In this document: positions 19,468-30,259 of the stretch, piece by piece | Layout of the letters: every line of letters begins with the position of its first letter | How positions within the stretch are numbered: the first letter of the stretch is position 1 | Made by a program: the position numbers and the translations under genes | Notes under the pieces: model-generated | Database searches by the model: none | Told to the model about the DNA's origin: nothing | Seen by the model: only the letters and a program-made list of their open reading frames with translations | Origin: Candidatus Bathyarchaeota archaeon | GTDB lineage: Archaea > Thermoproteota > Bathyarchaeia > 40CM-2-53-6 | Assembly (NCBI GenBank): GCA_963726255.1 | Contig: CAVSBL010000002.1 | Coordinates: forward strand, 2,299,726 to 2,363,725 | DNA: 64,000 bases | Reading direction: 5' to 3'

Positions 19468-19730
19468 TCGTTCAGTCCTCCTCAATGTTCAAGCAAGGAA
19501 CCGGAGTATGAACCCGTGAGCTTAACCATTTCGAGCTATTCTCGTAGCCTGGAACACAGCGAGTCCTAGGCGAATGAGAGACACTGCAAATCGCGTGCTG
19601 GGCTACCAGCGCGAAGTTGTGACAGATGAAGACAGTCCAAACTGGGTTAGGTTGCTTGAAGATATCGTGAAAGAAGCAGACGTCGAGGGTGAAGGAAGTG
19701 GTGAAATATCGACCGTTCCAATTTCTTGGT

Positions 19731-20930
19731 TTAGATGCTGCCATTCACTGCTCGTATCTGACCTTTTCGCACCACGTGAAGTATATTGCGCGGTGACAGA
19801 TTTTCCGTGTTCTCAATCGGATTTCCCTTTGCAATTACAAGATCCGCATCATATCCTGGCTTTACCAATCCAGATTTTTTTAGTCCCAAACAATCCGCCG
19901 CCCTGGATGTTGCCGCGATTAGCGCTTCGTTATTTCCGAGGTGCTTGGCTAGATTGACTATCTCGCGGTAGTTCTCTCCGTGAGGCTCCGTCTCGCATCC
20001 TACGTAGTCTGTGCCGGCTACAACTTTAAGGTGGAATTGTTTTGCGATATTCATGTCCTCGGTAAGGTGTCTCTTTGTAAGCCTGTCTCGTTCTTGATTC
20101 GTTGTGGGTTTCATGGCTAGGTAGGCGCTGAGGGTTGGCACATAGAACATTCCCCTATCGTGAATCCTTTTTGCCAGCTCAGGTGTGAGTCCGATCCCGT
20201 GTTCGATTGAGTCTACGCCTGCCTCGATTGAGTTGGCCAGAGCTTCTTCTCCGTAAGCGTGGGCTGCAACCCTCAACCCTGCAGAATGCGCTTCCTCCAC
20301 GATCGCCTTGAGTTCTTCCGCTGTAAATTGGCGGCGGACCTTGCTTCCTTGAGCGAAGCTCCCGGACGCGTAAACCTTCACCAAGTCTCCACCATCTCGT
20401 ACGACTTTTCTAACTGCTTTGCGGCATTCCCACGGTCCGTCGCAATAGTAGGAATAAGAGAGACGTTCAGCTATATCTAGAGGAAAGATGGATGCGTCAT
20501 CATTTCCTCCGGTTTGTGACAGAGATTTGGCCGCTGATACTATTCTCGGCCCTTCGATGATCCCCTCTTCGACCGCCCGTTTCAGAAATGTGCTGGCTTT
20601 GCTGCCCAAGTCTCTCACCGTGGTGAATCCGGCGTTCAAGAGTCGGCGCATATCTGCTACGGATCTCAGAGCGACAAGGGTTTCCGGTGTCGTCACCCAC
20701 TCCATCAAATCATATCTCTTTGAGCCGAAGAAGTGCATGTGCGCGTCAATAAGCCCAGGAAGAATCGTTGAGCCCTGAATGTCTATAAGGCGCGTATCCT
20801 GCGGTTCATTCACCTCGCCTTTTCGTCCTACTTCCACTATTACGCCTCGGGACTGATCTACGACAACGCACCCACCCTCGATGAAATCGTCGCCAGTGAA
20901 AATCGAGCCACGCAGAACTAAACTTGCCAT
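19731..20930 (-). CDS. Amidohydrolase (Xaa-Pro dipeptidase/carboxypeptidase-like)
   Basis: PGLIDAHMH, GFTTVRDLG, AAHAYG, SIEHG and GTD motifs. Confidence 0.9.
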   Translation of the reverse strand: MASLVLRGSIFTGDDFIEGGCVVVDQSRGVIVEVGRKGEVNEPQDTRLIDIQGSTILPGLIDAHMHFFGSKRYDLMEWVTTPETLVALRSVADMRRLLNAGFTTVRDLGSKASTFLKRAVEEGIIEGPRIVSAAKSLSQTGGNDDASIFPLDIAERLSYSYYCDGPWECRKAVRKVVRDGGDLVKVYASGSFAQGSKVRRQFTAEELKAIVEEAHSAGLRVAAHAYGEEALANSIEAGVDSIEHGIGLTPELAKRIHDRGMFYVPTLSAYLAMKPTTNQERDRLTKRHLTEDMNIAKQFHLKVVAGTDYVGCETEPHGENYREIVNLAKHLGNNEALIAATSRAADCLGLKKSGLVKPGYDADLVIAKGNPIENTENLSPRNILHVVRKGQIRAVNGSI

Positions 20931-21139
20931 GTCTCCTTTCTTCCTATAAGAGAAGTTAAACTCTTGCAGACAATGATAAATGCGCAATTCGGCTGTCCCT
21001 AATCAAAGGTGAGATTGCGACAGCGAACGGGTCTGGGTCACGTGATGGGCAAGCTATTGGTTTGCGTCCAAAAAGCTCGGTAGCCAGTTGTGTGTTTTCC
21101 ATCGATGCTACCAATTTATTCGAATCTTGTCCATATATA

Positions 21140-21171
21140 CTAAATATATTTAGCAAGGCAAGATTGCAATC
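21140..21171. promoter_or_regulatory. Divergent promoter with palindromic TATA-like element and a second dyad
   Basis: Perfect palindromes CTAAATATATTTAG (21140-21153) and GATTGCAATC (21162-21171) between divergent genes. Confidence 0.5.
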
Positions 21172-21220
21172 CAAACCCAAACCAATTATACCGAACCCAA
21201 TCCGATTACTCTGAAAAGAT

Positions 21221-22972
21221 ATGACGAAACAACTATCGATTCCTAAACTGACAGCTTTCGTGATCCTCTCCTTGTTGATGCTTGCGCAAGGAACCTCAAC
21301 GGGCTTTGCGCACACATCTCCACTTCAGCAAACAAGTACTACGACGACCCTGCATGTTGCGTTGACAATTGAACCCGATACATTCAACGTTTACACATCT
21401 ACGCTCGCGATTGAAGACGTTTTCATAAACGCGTTCTACGACACGCTGTACGTTGAAGGATTAGATTACGCGATGCATCCGAAATTGGCTACGGGCTATA
21501 CGATTAGCCCCAATGGGACTGTTTGGACGGTCAGTATCGTCCACAATGCCACTTTTTCGGACAATACGCCCGTGACAGCAGAAGACGTCAAGTATTCCTA
21601 TGACCTTGCAGGAATGTCCGAAATAGATCACATGCAAGTGGTCGACAGTTACACATTACAGTTCTACTTCAAAGCTCCGTATGTCGAAGACTACGTTCTG
21701 AGAAGCATCTTTGCAAACTATTACGGAAAGGTGTTGCCTGAGCACATATGGTCCAAAGTGAGCGACCCATACTCATACAGAAACAAGGAAGCCATCGGCA
21801 GCGGACCCTGGATACTGGACAATTGGGTCGAAGGGCAATACCTCAAGATGAGAGCCAACCCCAACTACTGGGGTGGAAGACCAAAACTTGACTATGTGAT
21901 CTTCAATTTCATCCCAAGTTTGGACACCCAAGTACTCTCTCTTGAGAGCGGAACTTCTGACATGATCTACGTGGATCCATCATACGTAGCAACACTGATC
22001 GGAGTACCAAACATTAACGTGACCATTACCCCTCAGTTAAGAAACAATTACATATCATTCAACCTAAACCGATACCCAATCAACGTCAAAGATTTCAGGC
22101 ATGCTTTAGCTTACGCGCTTGACCCGAATACTCTCGTCCACAACGCTCTGTTCGGGTTCGGGATACCCGGGCAACAAGGCTGGGCCACTCCAGGCGACCC
22201 TGTATTTTACAATCCGAACATCACACAATACCCATACAGCCTCACAACGGCCAATCAAATTCTTGACAACCTCGGATGGAAAATGGGCGCCGATGGAGTA
22301 CGTTCCACGACCAACGGAACGAAACTCGCGTTTGACCTTCTAACCCCTTCAGATACTCCAACAACTATTCGGATAGGCGAGTTCATACGAGATCAGTTTG
22401 CGAAAATCGGAGTGAAGCTCAACGTTGTGGCCATGACAACAAAAACAATCATCTCCCAAGAGTTCAAAGGGCAATACTCACTTGCTATGATGGGATGGTT
22501 CAGCATATCGGTCGAGCCCTCAGTCGATATGAGATGGCACTTCCTCCCCGGTGCATTCTTCAACGTCTACGGATATGACAGCCCAGAATTCAATACGCTG
22601 TTTGCCGATTACAAAGTTGCACCGACCTTTGCAGACTATCGGAACAAAATCCTCCAGATGCAACAGGTACTCTCCGACGACCTGCCAATATTGATCTACT
22701 CATTCTCACCATCTATAAGCGCCTATAGAACTGACAAATTCCAGGGATGGATCACTCCAGTTATGTCCGACGATACACTTCAAGGCGTCTTGAATTGGTA
22801 TAGTCTACAAAACCTTCACCCTCCGACAGCATCAGAAACTATGACGCAAAGTACAGCTATGCAGCCTACAACCGCGACTACAATTCCTGACTGGGCATGG
22901 TGGGTCGTGGGAATAGTCGTCGTCGCAGCACTAATCGTTGCAGTAGTGTCAAGGCGGAAAAAACGAAGCTGA
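21221..22972 (+). CDS. Peptide/nickel ABC transporter substrate-binding protein (family 5)
   Basis: Signal peptide, FSDNTPVTAEDVKYS and GSGPW motifs, Thr linker, C-terminal TM followed by RRKKR. Confidence 0.92.
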   Translation: MTKQLSIPKLTAFVILSLLMLAQGTSTGFAHTSPLQQTSTTTTLHVALTIEPDTFNVYTSTLAIEDVFINAFYDTLYVEGLDYAMHPKLATGYTISPNGTVWTVSIVHNATFSDNTPVTAEDVKYSYDLAGMSEIDHMQVVDSYTLQFYFKAPYVEDYVLRSIFANYYGKVLPEHIWSKVSDPYSYRNKEAIGSGPWILDNWVEGQYLKMRANPNYWGGRPKLDYVIFNFIPSLDTQVLSLESGTSDMIYVDPSYVATLIGVPNINVTITPQLRNNYISFNLNRYPINVKDFRHALAYALDPNTLVHNALFGFGIPGQQGWATPGDPVFYNPNITQYPYSLTTANQILDNLGWKMGADGVRSTTNGTKLAFDLLTPSDTPTTIRIGEFIRDQFAKIGVKLNVVAMTTKTIISQEFKGQYSLAMMGWFSISVEPSVDMRWHFLPGAFFNVYGYDSPEFNTLFADYKVAPTFADYRNKILQMQQVLSDDLPILIYSFSPSISAYRTDKFQGWITPVMSDDTLQGVLNWYSLQNLHPPTASETMTQSTAMQPTTATTIPDWAWWVVGIVVVAALIVAVVSRRKKRS

Positions 22973-23023
22973 ACTCCAAACAGTATGTGCTACATGCCTC
23001 TCATGAAAGGTATTTGGTACATA

Positions 23024-23036
23024 CCCTTTTTCTTCC
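23024..23036 (+). terminator. Oligo-T tract after the substrate-binding-protein gene
   Basis: CCCTTTTTTCTTC between the binding-protein and permease genes. Confidence 0.35.
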
Positions 23037-23078
23037 TTAACCCTGTAAAGGTCTAGAATAGTTGGTGGAGATGCTTCC

Positions 23079-24053
23079 ATGGGAGCAGCCTCATTCATTC
23101 TGAAAAAAGCTCTCATGATGGTCGTGACCTTTTACGTTATATCGACTGTGATTTTTCTCCTTCCTAGGCTTACGCCGGTTGACCCGAAGAGTCTGTTAGC
23201 GGACAATCCGAGAATACCGGAAAGTATTCGCCAAAATCTAATTGCATCCTTCGGTCTCAACAAACCGTTGATTGATCAATACGTAAGCTTCTACGCGAAC
23301 TTGTTCAGGGGCAACCTAGGATACTCGTTCTTGTACCGTGATCCCGTGGTCACGGTTCTACTAACAAGACTTCCGTGGACGATTTTGCTTCTGGGCACAT
23401 CAACTGCGATTTTCATTGCGCTTGGCATCGTCATCGGGGTGCTCCAAGCCTCTAGGTACGGAAGCAAGTTCGACGTAGCTACCTTGGTGACGTCGCTCGC
23501 CGCAAGTTCATTCCCATTCTTCTTCGTCGGAATGATTTTCATATACCTATTTGCGTTTGTTATGCCGATTTTCCCAACCTTTGGAGCAATGTCGCCAGGA
23601 GTGACCTTTGCGGCCCCCTTGGACATGCTGAAGGACATTGGTTGGCACCTAGTGCTTCCTGCGATCACCATCGTGATCGTTAACATCTCGAGGTACTCAT
23701 TCTACCTAAGGAACATCATGGTTGGAGTCCTATCAGAGGACTACATCATAACTGCAAGAGCCAAGGGTCTAAGCAACACGAAAGTTCTCTTCAAACACGG
23801 TCTCCGGAACGCGATGTTGCCAACGATGACCATGATGGCCATGGATTTCGGATTCATACTCGCAGGCGGAATCTTTGTAGAGACTGTGTTTTCCTACCCA
23901 GGTGTAGGGAGCCTAGCTTACGAGGCCATCTTGAATGCCGACTATCCCCTAATGAATGGCGAATTCATTCTTCTCTCACTAGTGATACTGGCTGCAAACT
24001 TCACTGCTGATGCACTCTACTCGGTTCTGGATCCTAGAATCAAGAAGGGGTAG
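23079..24053 (+). CDS. dppB: Peptide ABC transporter permease (DppB/OppB type)
   Basis: EDYIITARAKGL EAA-like loop; DPRIK C-terminus. Confidence 0.9.
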   Translation: MGAASFILKKALMMVVTFYVISTVIFLLPRLTPVDPKSLLADNPRIPESIRQNLIASFGLNKPLIDQYVSFYANLFRGNLGYSFLYRDPVVTVLLTRLPWTILLLGTSTAIFIALGIVIGVLQASRYGSKFDVATLVTSLAASSFPFFFVGMIFIYLFAFVMPIFPTFGAMSPGVTFAAPLDMLKDIGWHLVLPAITIVIVNISRYSFYLRNIMVGVLSEDYIITARAKGLSNTKVLFKHGLRNAMLPTMTMMAMDFGFILAGGIFVETVFSYPGVGSLAYEAILNADYPLMNGEFILLSLVILAANFTADALYSVLDPRIKKG

Positions 24054-24061
24054 GGAAGATC

Positions 24062-24961
24062 ATGGCTAAGAACAAAAACCAGTTAAGTCGAATTCACCAC
24101 ATTCGAGATGAACTCTCAGGATTCTGGAAATCTTACCGCAGAAGCAAACTGGGCCTTGCCGGACTAGTATTATTCGTGGTTATTGTAGCAGTTGCTTTGA
24201 CTGCTCCAATCATAGCCCCCTACGATCCATTTAGCCGCGTAGGGCCTCCCTTCGGCGCACCGAGTTTCAGCCATATTCTTGGGACGAACGACGCAGGCCA
24301 AGACATATTCAGTGAGCTCTTGTACGGTACAAGAACATCTCTCCTTGTTGGGATATCTGCCGCTCTAATAGTTTCAGCACTTGGCACCCTCGTCGGCCTT
24401 GTTGCAGGCTATTCTGGCGGAATGGTTGAGAGCACTTTGATGCGAATTACTGACATATTCCTACTTGTTCCTGACCTGCCATTCATAATGATTCTCGCTC
24501 TCTACCTAGGTCCAAGCGTGTGGAACATAGTCTTAGCAATTGGCATACTCTGGTGGAGCGGAACTGCAAGAGTGATCAGGTCAATTGTTTTGACAATAAA
24601 GGAAGAGCCCTTCACCGAAGCCGCAAGAGCGATTGGCGCGAGCAACACGCACATAATGCTATCTGAGATTTTGCCGCATACGATTCCGGTTATAATCGTT
24701 GGCGTGATCAGGTTCACAGGGTTCGGAGTCCTATACGAGGCTGGACTGAGCTTCCTCGGCCTAGGAGACCCAACCGCGAAGAGCTGGGGGACAATGCTTC
24801 ATTTCGCCCAATCCCGCGGAGCCTTCGTGAGGGGTATGTGGTGGTGGTTTATGCCTCCGGGGTTGTGCATCTCTCTAACTATCATCAGTTTTACGTTGAT
24901 TTCATTCTCGCTAGACCGAATCCTGAATCCCAAAATGAGAGGAATGGGAAGAGGCAGCTAA
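24062..24961 (+). CDS. dppC: Peptide ABC transporter permease (DppC/OppC type)
   Basis: LGTNDAGQD, EAARAIGAS and LSFLGLG motifs. Confidence 0.9.
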   Translation: MAKNKNQLSRIHHIRDELSGFWKSYRRSKLGLAGLVLFVVIVAVALTAPIIAPYDPFSRVGPPFGAPSFSHILGTNDAGQDIFSELLYGTRTSLLVGISAALIVSALGTLVGLVAGYSGGMVESTLMRITDIFLLVPDLPFIMILALYLGPSVWNIVLAIGILWWSGTARVIRSIVLTIKEEPFTEAARAIGASNTHIMLSEILPHTIPVIIVGVIRFTGFGVLYEAGLSFLGLGDPTAKSWGTMLHFAQSRGAFVRGMWWWFMPPGLCISLTIISFTLISFSLDRILNPKMRGMGRGS

Positions 24962-24965
24962 TTCA

Positions 24966-25949
24966 ATGGCTTTATTGGAAATCAAGCAACTCAAGACCTC
25001 TTATTTCACTCCAGAAGGAACGGTGAGGGCCGTAGACGGAGTCAGTCTCAAACTCGAAAAAGGACACGCACTGGGATTGGTTGGAGAGTCCGGCTGCGGT
25101 AAGACAACTGTTGCGCTATCAGCAATGAAACTGCTCCCCTCAAATGCGAGGATTACCGGGGGAGAGATCATGTTCAACGGAGAAAACTTGGCGGCGAAGA
25201 CCGATGACGAAATGAACAAGATCCGGTGGAAAGAAATGTCGCTGATTTTCCAGGGCGCCATGAACGCGTTGAACCCCGTTTTCAAAGTTGGAGACCAAAT
25301 CGTCGAAGCAATAAGGACTCACAATAGGAACATGACTAAGGGCGAGGCGGAAAAGAGAACACGAGAGCTACTGGAACTGGTCGGGGTAGACCCCTCAAGG
25401 GCACAGGACTATCCGCACGAATTCAGTGGAGGGATGAAGCAGAGAGCAGTAATCGCGATGGCCCTCTCCTGCGATCCGGATGTCTTAGTAGCGGACGAAC
25501 CGACAACAGCACTAGATGTCATCACTCAAGGACGAATCTTGGAGCTGATAAGAGATTTGCAAGCCAAACTCGGGCTTTCAATGATCGTCATCACACACGA
25601 TTTGTCACTCACTGCTGAGATATGCACCGAAATTGCAATTATGTACGCGGGGAGGGTCGCTGAGTTCGGGAAGACAAGTGACATTTATGATGAGCCAATG
25701 CATCCCTACACCAACGCTCTCCTAGGAGCTTTTCCAAGCATTCTAGGCCCGATTAGAAAGATGGAGACCCTTGCTGGGTTTCCACCCGACTTACGCAACC
25801 CTCCGACAGGTTGCAGGCTCTTTCCAAGATGCCCATACGCGGAAAGCCGATGCGAAGAAAGAGAACCTGAACTGGAAGAGGTCAAGCAGGGGCATTTCGT
25901 AGCCTGCTACAACTGGGGACTAGTGAAGCAATCATGGAAGAAACCCTAG
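24966..25949 (+). CDS. dppD: Peptide ABC transporter ATP-binding protein (DppD/OppD)
   Basis: GESGCGKT, FSGGMKQR, DEPTTALD and C-terminal Cys cluster. Confidence 0.92.
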   Translation: MALLEIKQLKTSYFTPEGTVRAVDGVSLKLEKGHALGLVGESGCGKTTVALSAMKLLPSNARITGGEIMFNGENLAAKTDDEMNKIRWKEMSLIFQGAMNALNPVFKVGDQIVEAIRTHNRNMTKGEAEKRTRELLELVGVDPSRAQDYPHEFSGGMKQRAVIAMALSCDPDVLVADEPTTALDVITQGRILELIRDLQAKLGLSMIVITHDLSLTAEICTEIAIMYAGRVAEFGKTSDIYDEPMHPYTNALLGAFPSILGPIRKMETLAGFPPDLRNPPTGCRLFPRCPYAESRCEEREPELEEVKQGHFVACYNWGLVKQSWKKP

Positions 25950-26920
25950 AAGTTCAAGACCTTCAGAAACGGTTTCCAGTGAGTCGAGGAATCTCCCTAT
26001 TTGGTGGGGAAAAACTCTGGGTGCGCACAGTAAATCGCGTAAGCTTCACGATTAAGAGGGACGAAATTATGGGCCTGGCCGGGGAAAGCGGTTGTGGCAA
26101 GACGACAACTGGACGAACGGTGCTCAAACTTTTTGAACCCACGGGCGGGAAAATTCTCTTCGAAGGGCATGACATAACGAACCTGAAACCCAGCGAGATG
26201 AAGCAGTATCGTCCGTACATGCAGATGGTGTTTCAAGATCCCTACAGGTCTTTGAACCCTCGGAAAAACGTGATGGACATCTTATCGCTTCCAATCGACA
26301 CTCACGGACTTGCCAAGAGCAGGTCAGAGAAACTAGACATGATAATGAAGGTTCTAGCAGAGGTGAAACTGCATCCGCCCGAGCGTTATGTGTACAAGTA
26401 TCCTCATGAGCTGAGCGGCGGGGAAAGACAGCGGGTTGCCCTAGCTAGAGTACTTGTTCTCAGACCGAGGCTGATAGTTGCGGATGAACCCGTATCCATG
26501 TTAGATGCGCTCGTGAGAATCGGCGTGCTTGATCTGCTCCTAGACCTGAAGAAGAAAACAGGTTTTGCTTGTCTCTTCATAACACATGATCTAGCGCTGG
26601 CTCGTTACACTTGCGATCGGATCGGAATAATGTATCTTGGAAAGATTATCGAAATAGGCTCAAAGGACGCTGTAATCGGTAACCCGGCCCATCCTTACAC
26701 GAAAGCTTTGATTTCAGCAGTTCCCGTCCCGAATCCATCTGCAAGAAAAGTGCAACTCAAAGTAGAAGGCGACGTGCCCAGCCCCATAAACATACCTTCC
26801 GGATGTCCGTTCCATCCGAGATGCCCATACGCAGATGATCGCTGTCGTAAAGAAGAGCAGCAATTGGTTAGCATAGACGCAGACCACTACGTAGCCTGCT
26901 ACAAACACAATTTCATTTGA
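25934..26920 (+). CDS. dppF: Peptide ABC transporter ATP-binding protein (DppF/OppF)
   Basis: GESGCGKT, LSGGERQR, DEPVSMLD and GCPFHPRC motifs. Confidence 0.92.
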   Translation: MEETLEVQDLQKRFPVSRGISLFGGEKLWVRTVNRVSFTIKRDEIMGLAGESGCGKTTTGRTVLKLFEPTGGKILFEGHDITNLKPSEMKQYRPYMQMVFQDPYRSLNPRKNVMDILSLPIDTHGLAKSRSEKLDMIMKVLAEVKLHPPERYVYKYPHELSGGERQRVALARVLVLRPRLIVADEPVSMLDALVRIGVLDLLLDLKKKTGFACLFITHDLALARYTCDRIGIMYLGKIIEIGSKDAVIGNPAHPYTKALISAVPVPNPSARKVQLKVEGDVPSPINIPSGCPFHPRCPYADDRCRKEEQQLVSIDADHYVACYKHNFI

Positions 26921-27035
26921 TGCTTCTTTTGTGCTCGTTATCACCTCTTGTTACCAGTAGGTCACCAACGTCTGTCAGTTAGTTCTCACGCGGTGGAAGA
27001 CGGCTCGACGCCGAAGAATGACGCAAAGGCACAAG

Positions 27036-28196
27036 CTATTGTAATGCATACTTCTTGAAAGCTACCTTGCAAGGATTATCACGTGTGATGTGAATCTCTC
27101 TCTTTCCGGGAGAGAACACCATCGAGTCCATAGTTTTCATGGCCATTTCAGGAGGCAGGTCTTCGTTTGGATGAGTACAGATTGAAGTAGGGTAGCTGAC
27201 ATGATCCTTTAGGAATTCGAAGCATGTGTCGACTTTGATTCTTCCAAAATTCTTGTTGAGGAGCTTGTTCATCCTGTTACACCGGACTATGGTGCCGGCT
27301 CTCTGTGGAACGACCCGATCCCCAGAAGTATTCCTAGCCAAGTAGTGATTTGCGTGGGCAAAGCATTTGTCCACATAAAAGTAGTTATAACTCTTGGCGG
27401 TTGTTTCAATATCGTAACATTCCCCATTTTCATCCGCTATTAGATAATTCGCGCCGCCTCCTCTCTGCGGCGTAATTACCGCATTAATTGCTTCTCCAAT
27501 ATTCTTAGACCCAAGCACGCCCCTGGTGATTACGGAAAACGGCACACCAACCGTAAAGTCTCCGTCGCTCGTTGCGTTTATGCACAGACCTATTCCCTTC
27601 GAATTCAACCCCACGAACGCTGGGCAGCCCATAATATTCAGAGTTAGGAACTCAACACCGGAATCTGTCCTCATCTTCATCAGGAAATCAAATTCGTCAA
27701 GGTTCGGATGCAAACTGCCGTCATTGTTTTGCCCTATGATCGTCTCACCCTTTTCGGTGGCTTCTCCGGTCGCACAAAATGAGGTGCACCCCGCGGGTCT
27801 GCCGTATCTTGAGGCTCTTGCAGAGGCGTAATAGAATTGAAGCTCATTGAATGAGGTTAGGAGGGTTATTTCCTCGAGTTTTCGTTTTGATCCTTCGCTT
27901 AGCCCTTTCAATTCCTGAGCAATTTCACCAGAATAATCCTCGATGTAGGGCCAGAATTTGCTAGCAGTCTTGAGTATCTCATCCTTCGAGAGATTCGCCG
28001 CGTCCTTGTAGAAGGAAAGGCTGCGGTTGATCATTTCTGAGATATCTTGCGCAAACTTTTCCCCGTATTGAAAGCCTCTTTCGTGAGCGGAGCCAGTAAA
28101 TTCAATAATTCCGAAATCGGGATGCCGAGTATCAATCATAGTTGTCAGGGCGTCCTGGATGTTCTCGTTGTATGAAGCGAGGCTAGGCATAAACAC
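27036..28196 (-). CDS. C45 family autoproteolytic Ntn-hydrolase (start possibly 28139)
   Basis: ERGFQYG, GCTSF (nucleophile), GQNND and HANHY motifs. Confidence 0.85.
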   Translation of the reverse strand: MFMPSLASYNENIQDALTTMIDTRHPDFGIIEFTGSAHERGFQYGEKFAQDISEMINRSLSFYKDAANLSKDEILKTASKFWPYIEDYSGEIAQELKGLSEGSKRKLEEITLLTSFNELQFYYASARASRYGRPAGCTSFCATGEATEKGETIIGQNNDGSLHPNLDEFDFLMKMRTDSGVEFLTLNIMGCPAFVGLNSKGIGLCINATSDGDFTVGVPFSVITRGVLGSKNIGEAINAVITPQRGGGANYLIADENGECYDIETTAKSYNYFYVDKCFAHANHYLARNTSGDRVVPQRAGTIVRCNRMNKLLNKNFGRIKVDTCFEFLKDHVSYPTSICTHPNEDLPPEMAMKTMDSMVFSPGKREIHITRDNPCKVAFKKYALQ

Positions 28197-28219
28197 TTTC
28201 TTACATTACCGGTGCACGT

Positions 28220-28579
28220 TCAGATTCTCGCGAGCTTTCGTCGTGTACGCTCATTCCGCACGTTGCCCGTATTCAATGTGGACGCCGGTTCAAACAGAAG
28301 AATCTGCGCTTCTTCTTCGGCAACGGGTCTGTGGTCCAAGCCGCGCTTAACGACAATGAACTCCCCTTGCTCAACCCAAAGATGCCTATTCCGAAACTCC
28401 ATCCGGAATCTTCCCTTGACGACTAAGAACATCTCGTCTTCCTTATCGTGGCGATGCCAGATGAACTTACCCTTGAGCTTGACAAGCTTTACCTGCTGCC
28501 CATTCAGATCGGCGGCGACGCAGGGCTTCCAATATTCTCGGATCTGCTTGAATTCCTCCGCGACGTTTACTTTCTTCAC
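28220..28579 (-). CDS. Cupin domain protein
   Basis: FIWHRHDKEDEMFLV...HRP motif. Confidence 0.9.
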   Translation of the reverse strand: MKKVNVAEEFKQIREYWKPCVAADLNGQQVKLVKLKGKFIWHRHDKEDEMFLVVKGRFRMEFRNRHLWVEQGEFIVVKRGLDHRPVAEEEAQILLFEPASTLNTGNVRNERTRRKLARI

Positions 28580-28726
28580 AAGTCTACCTTCTATTGATTC
28601 AGTTGCCTGCGAGATTTCGGAGCAAAACTCTGTGAATTCAATTCGATTGCGAGCCGACTAGCCAACTGAATTCATGACGCACACTAATGATTGCGTTTAC
28701 AACAATTTGCATGTAATTCAAATCGG

Positions 28727-30094
28727 TCATGTTCCTATGATATCTGGCATTATTCGTGGTTTCGATTCCCCCTTGTAATCTGTGAATTGTGTTAGCATTT
28801 CCATGAAGCGCTGCACGTCCGCCTCGTTGCTTGCGATTCCGAGCGATGCTCGGAGTGCTCCGACTGGTTTGTCATTCATGCAAGACGAGAATTGTTGAAG
28901 TGAGAAGTTTTCAGGGGAAAGTGAGTCGAAGCACTGGTATGCTCTCACTGCGGGATATTGAAATGCTGCTTCGGCTGCCCCGGGATTGCAGAAGCAGCCT
29001 GTTCGAATCGAAATCTTTTCCTTAATGGCGCGTTCTTCGATGAGCCTGTAGTCTAATTCTTTATCAGTTGGGGTCAGCATGTTCAGAGCTATCGTTGCTC
29101 CGCGACGTTCGTTTGTCGTTGGCCCATAAATCTTGATAAGCGGAGTGCCATTGGAATTTCGCTGTTCCTGTAGTTTCTTGAGCAGAAGTGCGTTGAGCCT
29201 CGTTACATGGTCATTTATGCGCTGCATACCAACTTGATTCAGAAAATTAAGACCCATCGTGACGGCGGGTATACTGAGGAAGCTAGGAGTTCCATCCTCG
29301 TGAGCTTGACTGGATGTCTTGAGCAGATGGACACTATTTTGGGCCGATACGAATCGCACTGTTCCGCCCCCGAACCAAGGTCGACATAGTTCGCGCAACG
29401 CTTCGCGTTTCGCTATCAGCGCTCCAACGCCTGTTGGGAAACCAAACATCTTGTAAAAGGAAATCACGATGAACTCCGGCTTCACTTCTTGAAGGTTCAA
29501 GACGCTGGTAGGCACGTACGCCGCTGCATCGAGCAAGACATCGTAGCCCTCCTCCTGCGCAACTTGAATCCAGTTTAACGGATGTTTGACTCCTGAGAAA
29601 TTCGATTGCGCCGGATACGCGAACAAGTTGTGCTTGGATCGATTGGGCTCGGGGAGGGATAGGGTCTCTATCCGCATTTGGGCGTCTACCGGAAGGTAAG
29701 TCACTGTTGCTCCTCTGGCTTTCGCGAATTCACGGATTCCGTTCACTGAATTGTGGTTGTCCGATGTGAGGGCGAGGTGCGATCCCGGTGTGAATGGGTA
29801 GCTTTCGCCAACCAGCTTGAGTCCTCCGCTCGCATTTAGAGTGAAGATGACCAAGTATTCGTCTGGCGGAGCGTTGAAGAAGTTCAGGATGGAGGTTCGG
29901 GCAGTGTCAATGTCATGAGTGCTGGCTGTGGAAGCAGGACTTAGCGAATGCGGGTTACCATATATGGCACCCGTGAGCCACTGGTTGTACTCACGTATGA
30001 GCGATTCGGGATACAATCCTGACCCGGTATAGTCCAAGTACACTTGACCAGTTGCGTCTAATCGTGAGAATTCTGTTTTCCGAAGATGCTGCAT
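28727..30094 (-). CDS. Class V PLP enzyme, molybdenum-cofactor-sulfurase-like (no MOSC domain)
   Basis: YLDYTG, GNPHS, SFYKMFG (PLP Lys) and RTGCFCNPG motifs. Confidence 0.85.
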   Translation of the reverse strand: MQHLRKTEFSRLDATGQVYLDYTGSGLYPESLIREYNQWLTGAIYGNPHSLSPASTASTHDIDTARTSILNFFNAPPDEYLVIFTLNASGGLKLVGESYPFTPGSHLALTSDNHNSVNGIREFAKARGATVTYLPVDAQMRIETLSLPEPNRSKHNLFAYPAQSNFSGVKHPLNWIQVAQEEGYDVLLDAAAYVPTSVLNLQEVKPEFIVISFYKMFGFPTGVGALIAKREALRELCRPWFGGGTVRFVSAQNSVHLLKTSSQAHEDGTPSFLSIPAVTMGLNFLNQVGMQRINDHVTRLNALLLKKLQEQRNSNGTPLIKIYGPTTNERRGATIALNMLTPTDKELDYRLIEERAIKEKISIRTGCFCNPGAAEAAFQYPAVRAYQCFDSLSPENFSLQQFSSCMNDKPVGALRASLGIASNEADVQRFMEMLTQFTDYKGESKPRIMPDIIGT

Positions 30095-30259
30095 TGAAGC
30101 AACCTCCCACGGTTATGTCCACGCAGAATGCTCGTATAAGCCATTAGGCGATCAATCCATGATGAGATTGGCCCTTTTGGAAACGAGCCGAATCAATCTT
30201 TCTTAAACCTGGGGTCGACATCCTTGGTGGGCATCAAATGGCGGGTTCCCAGATTTTTT

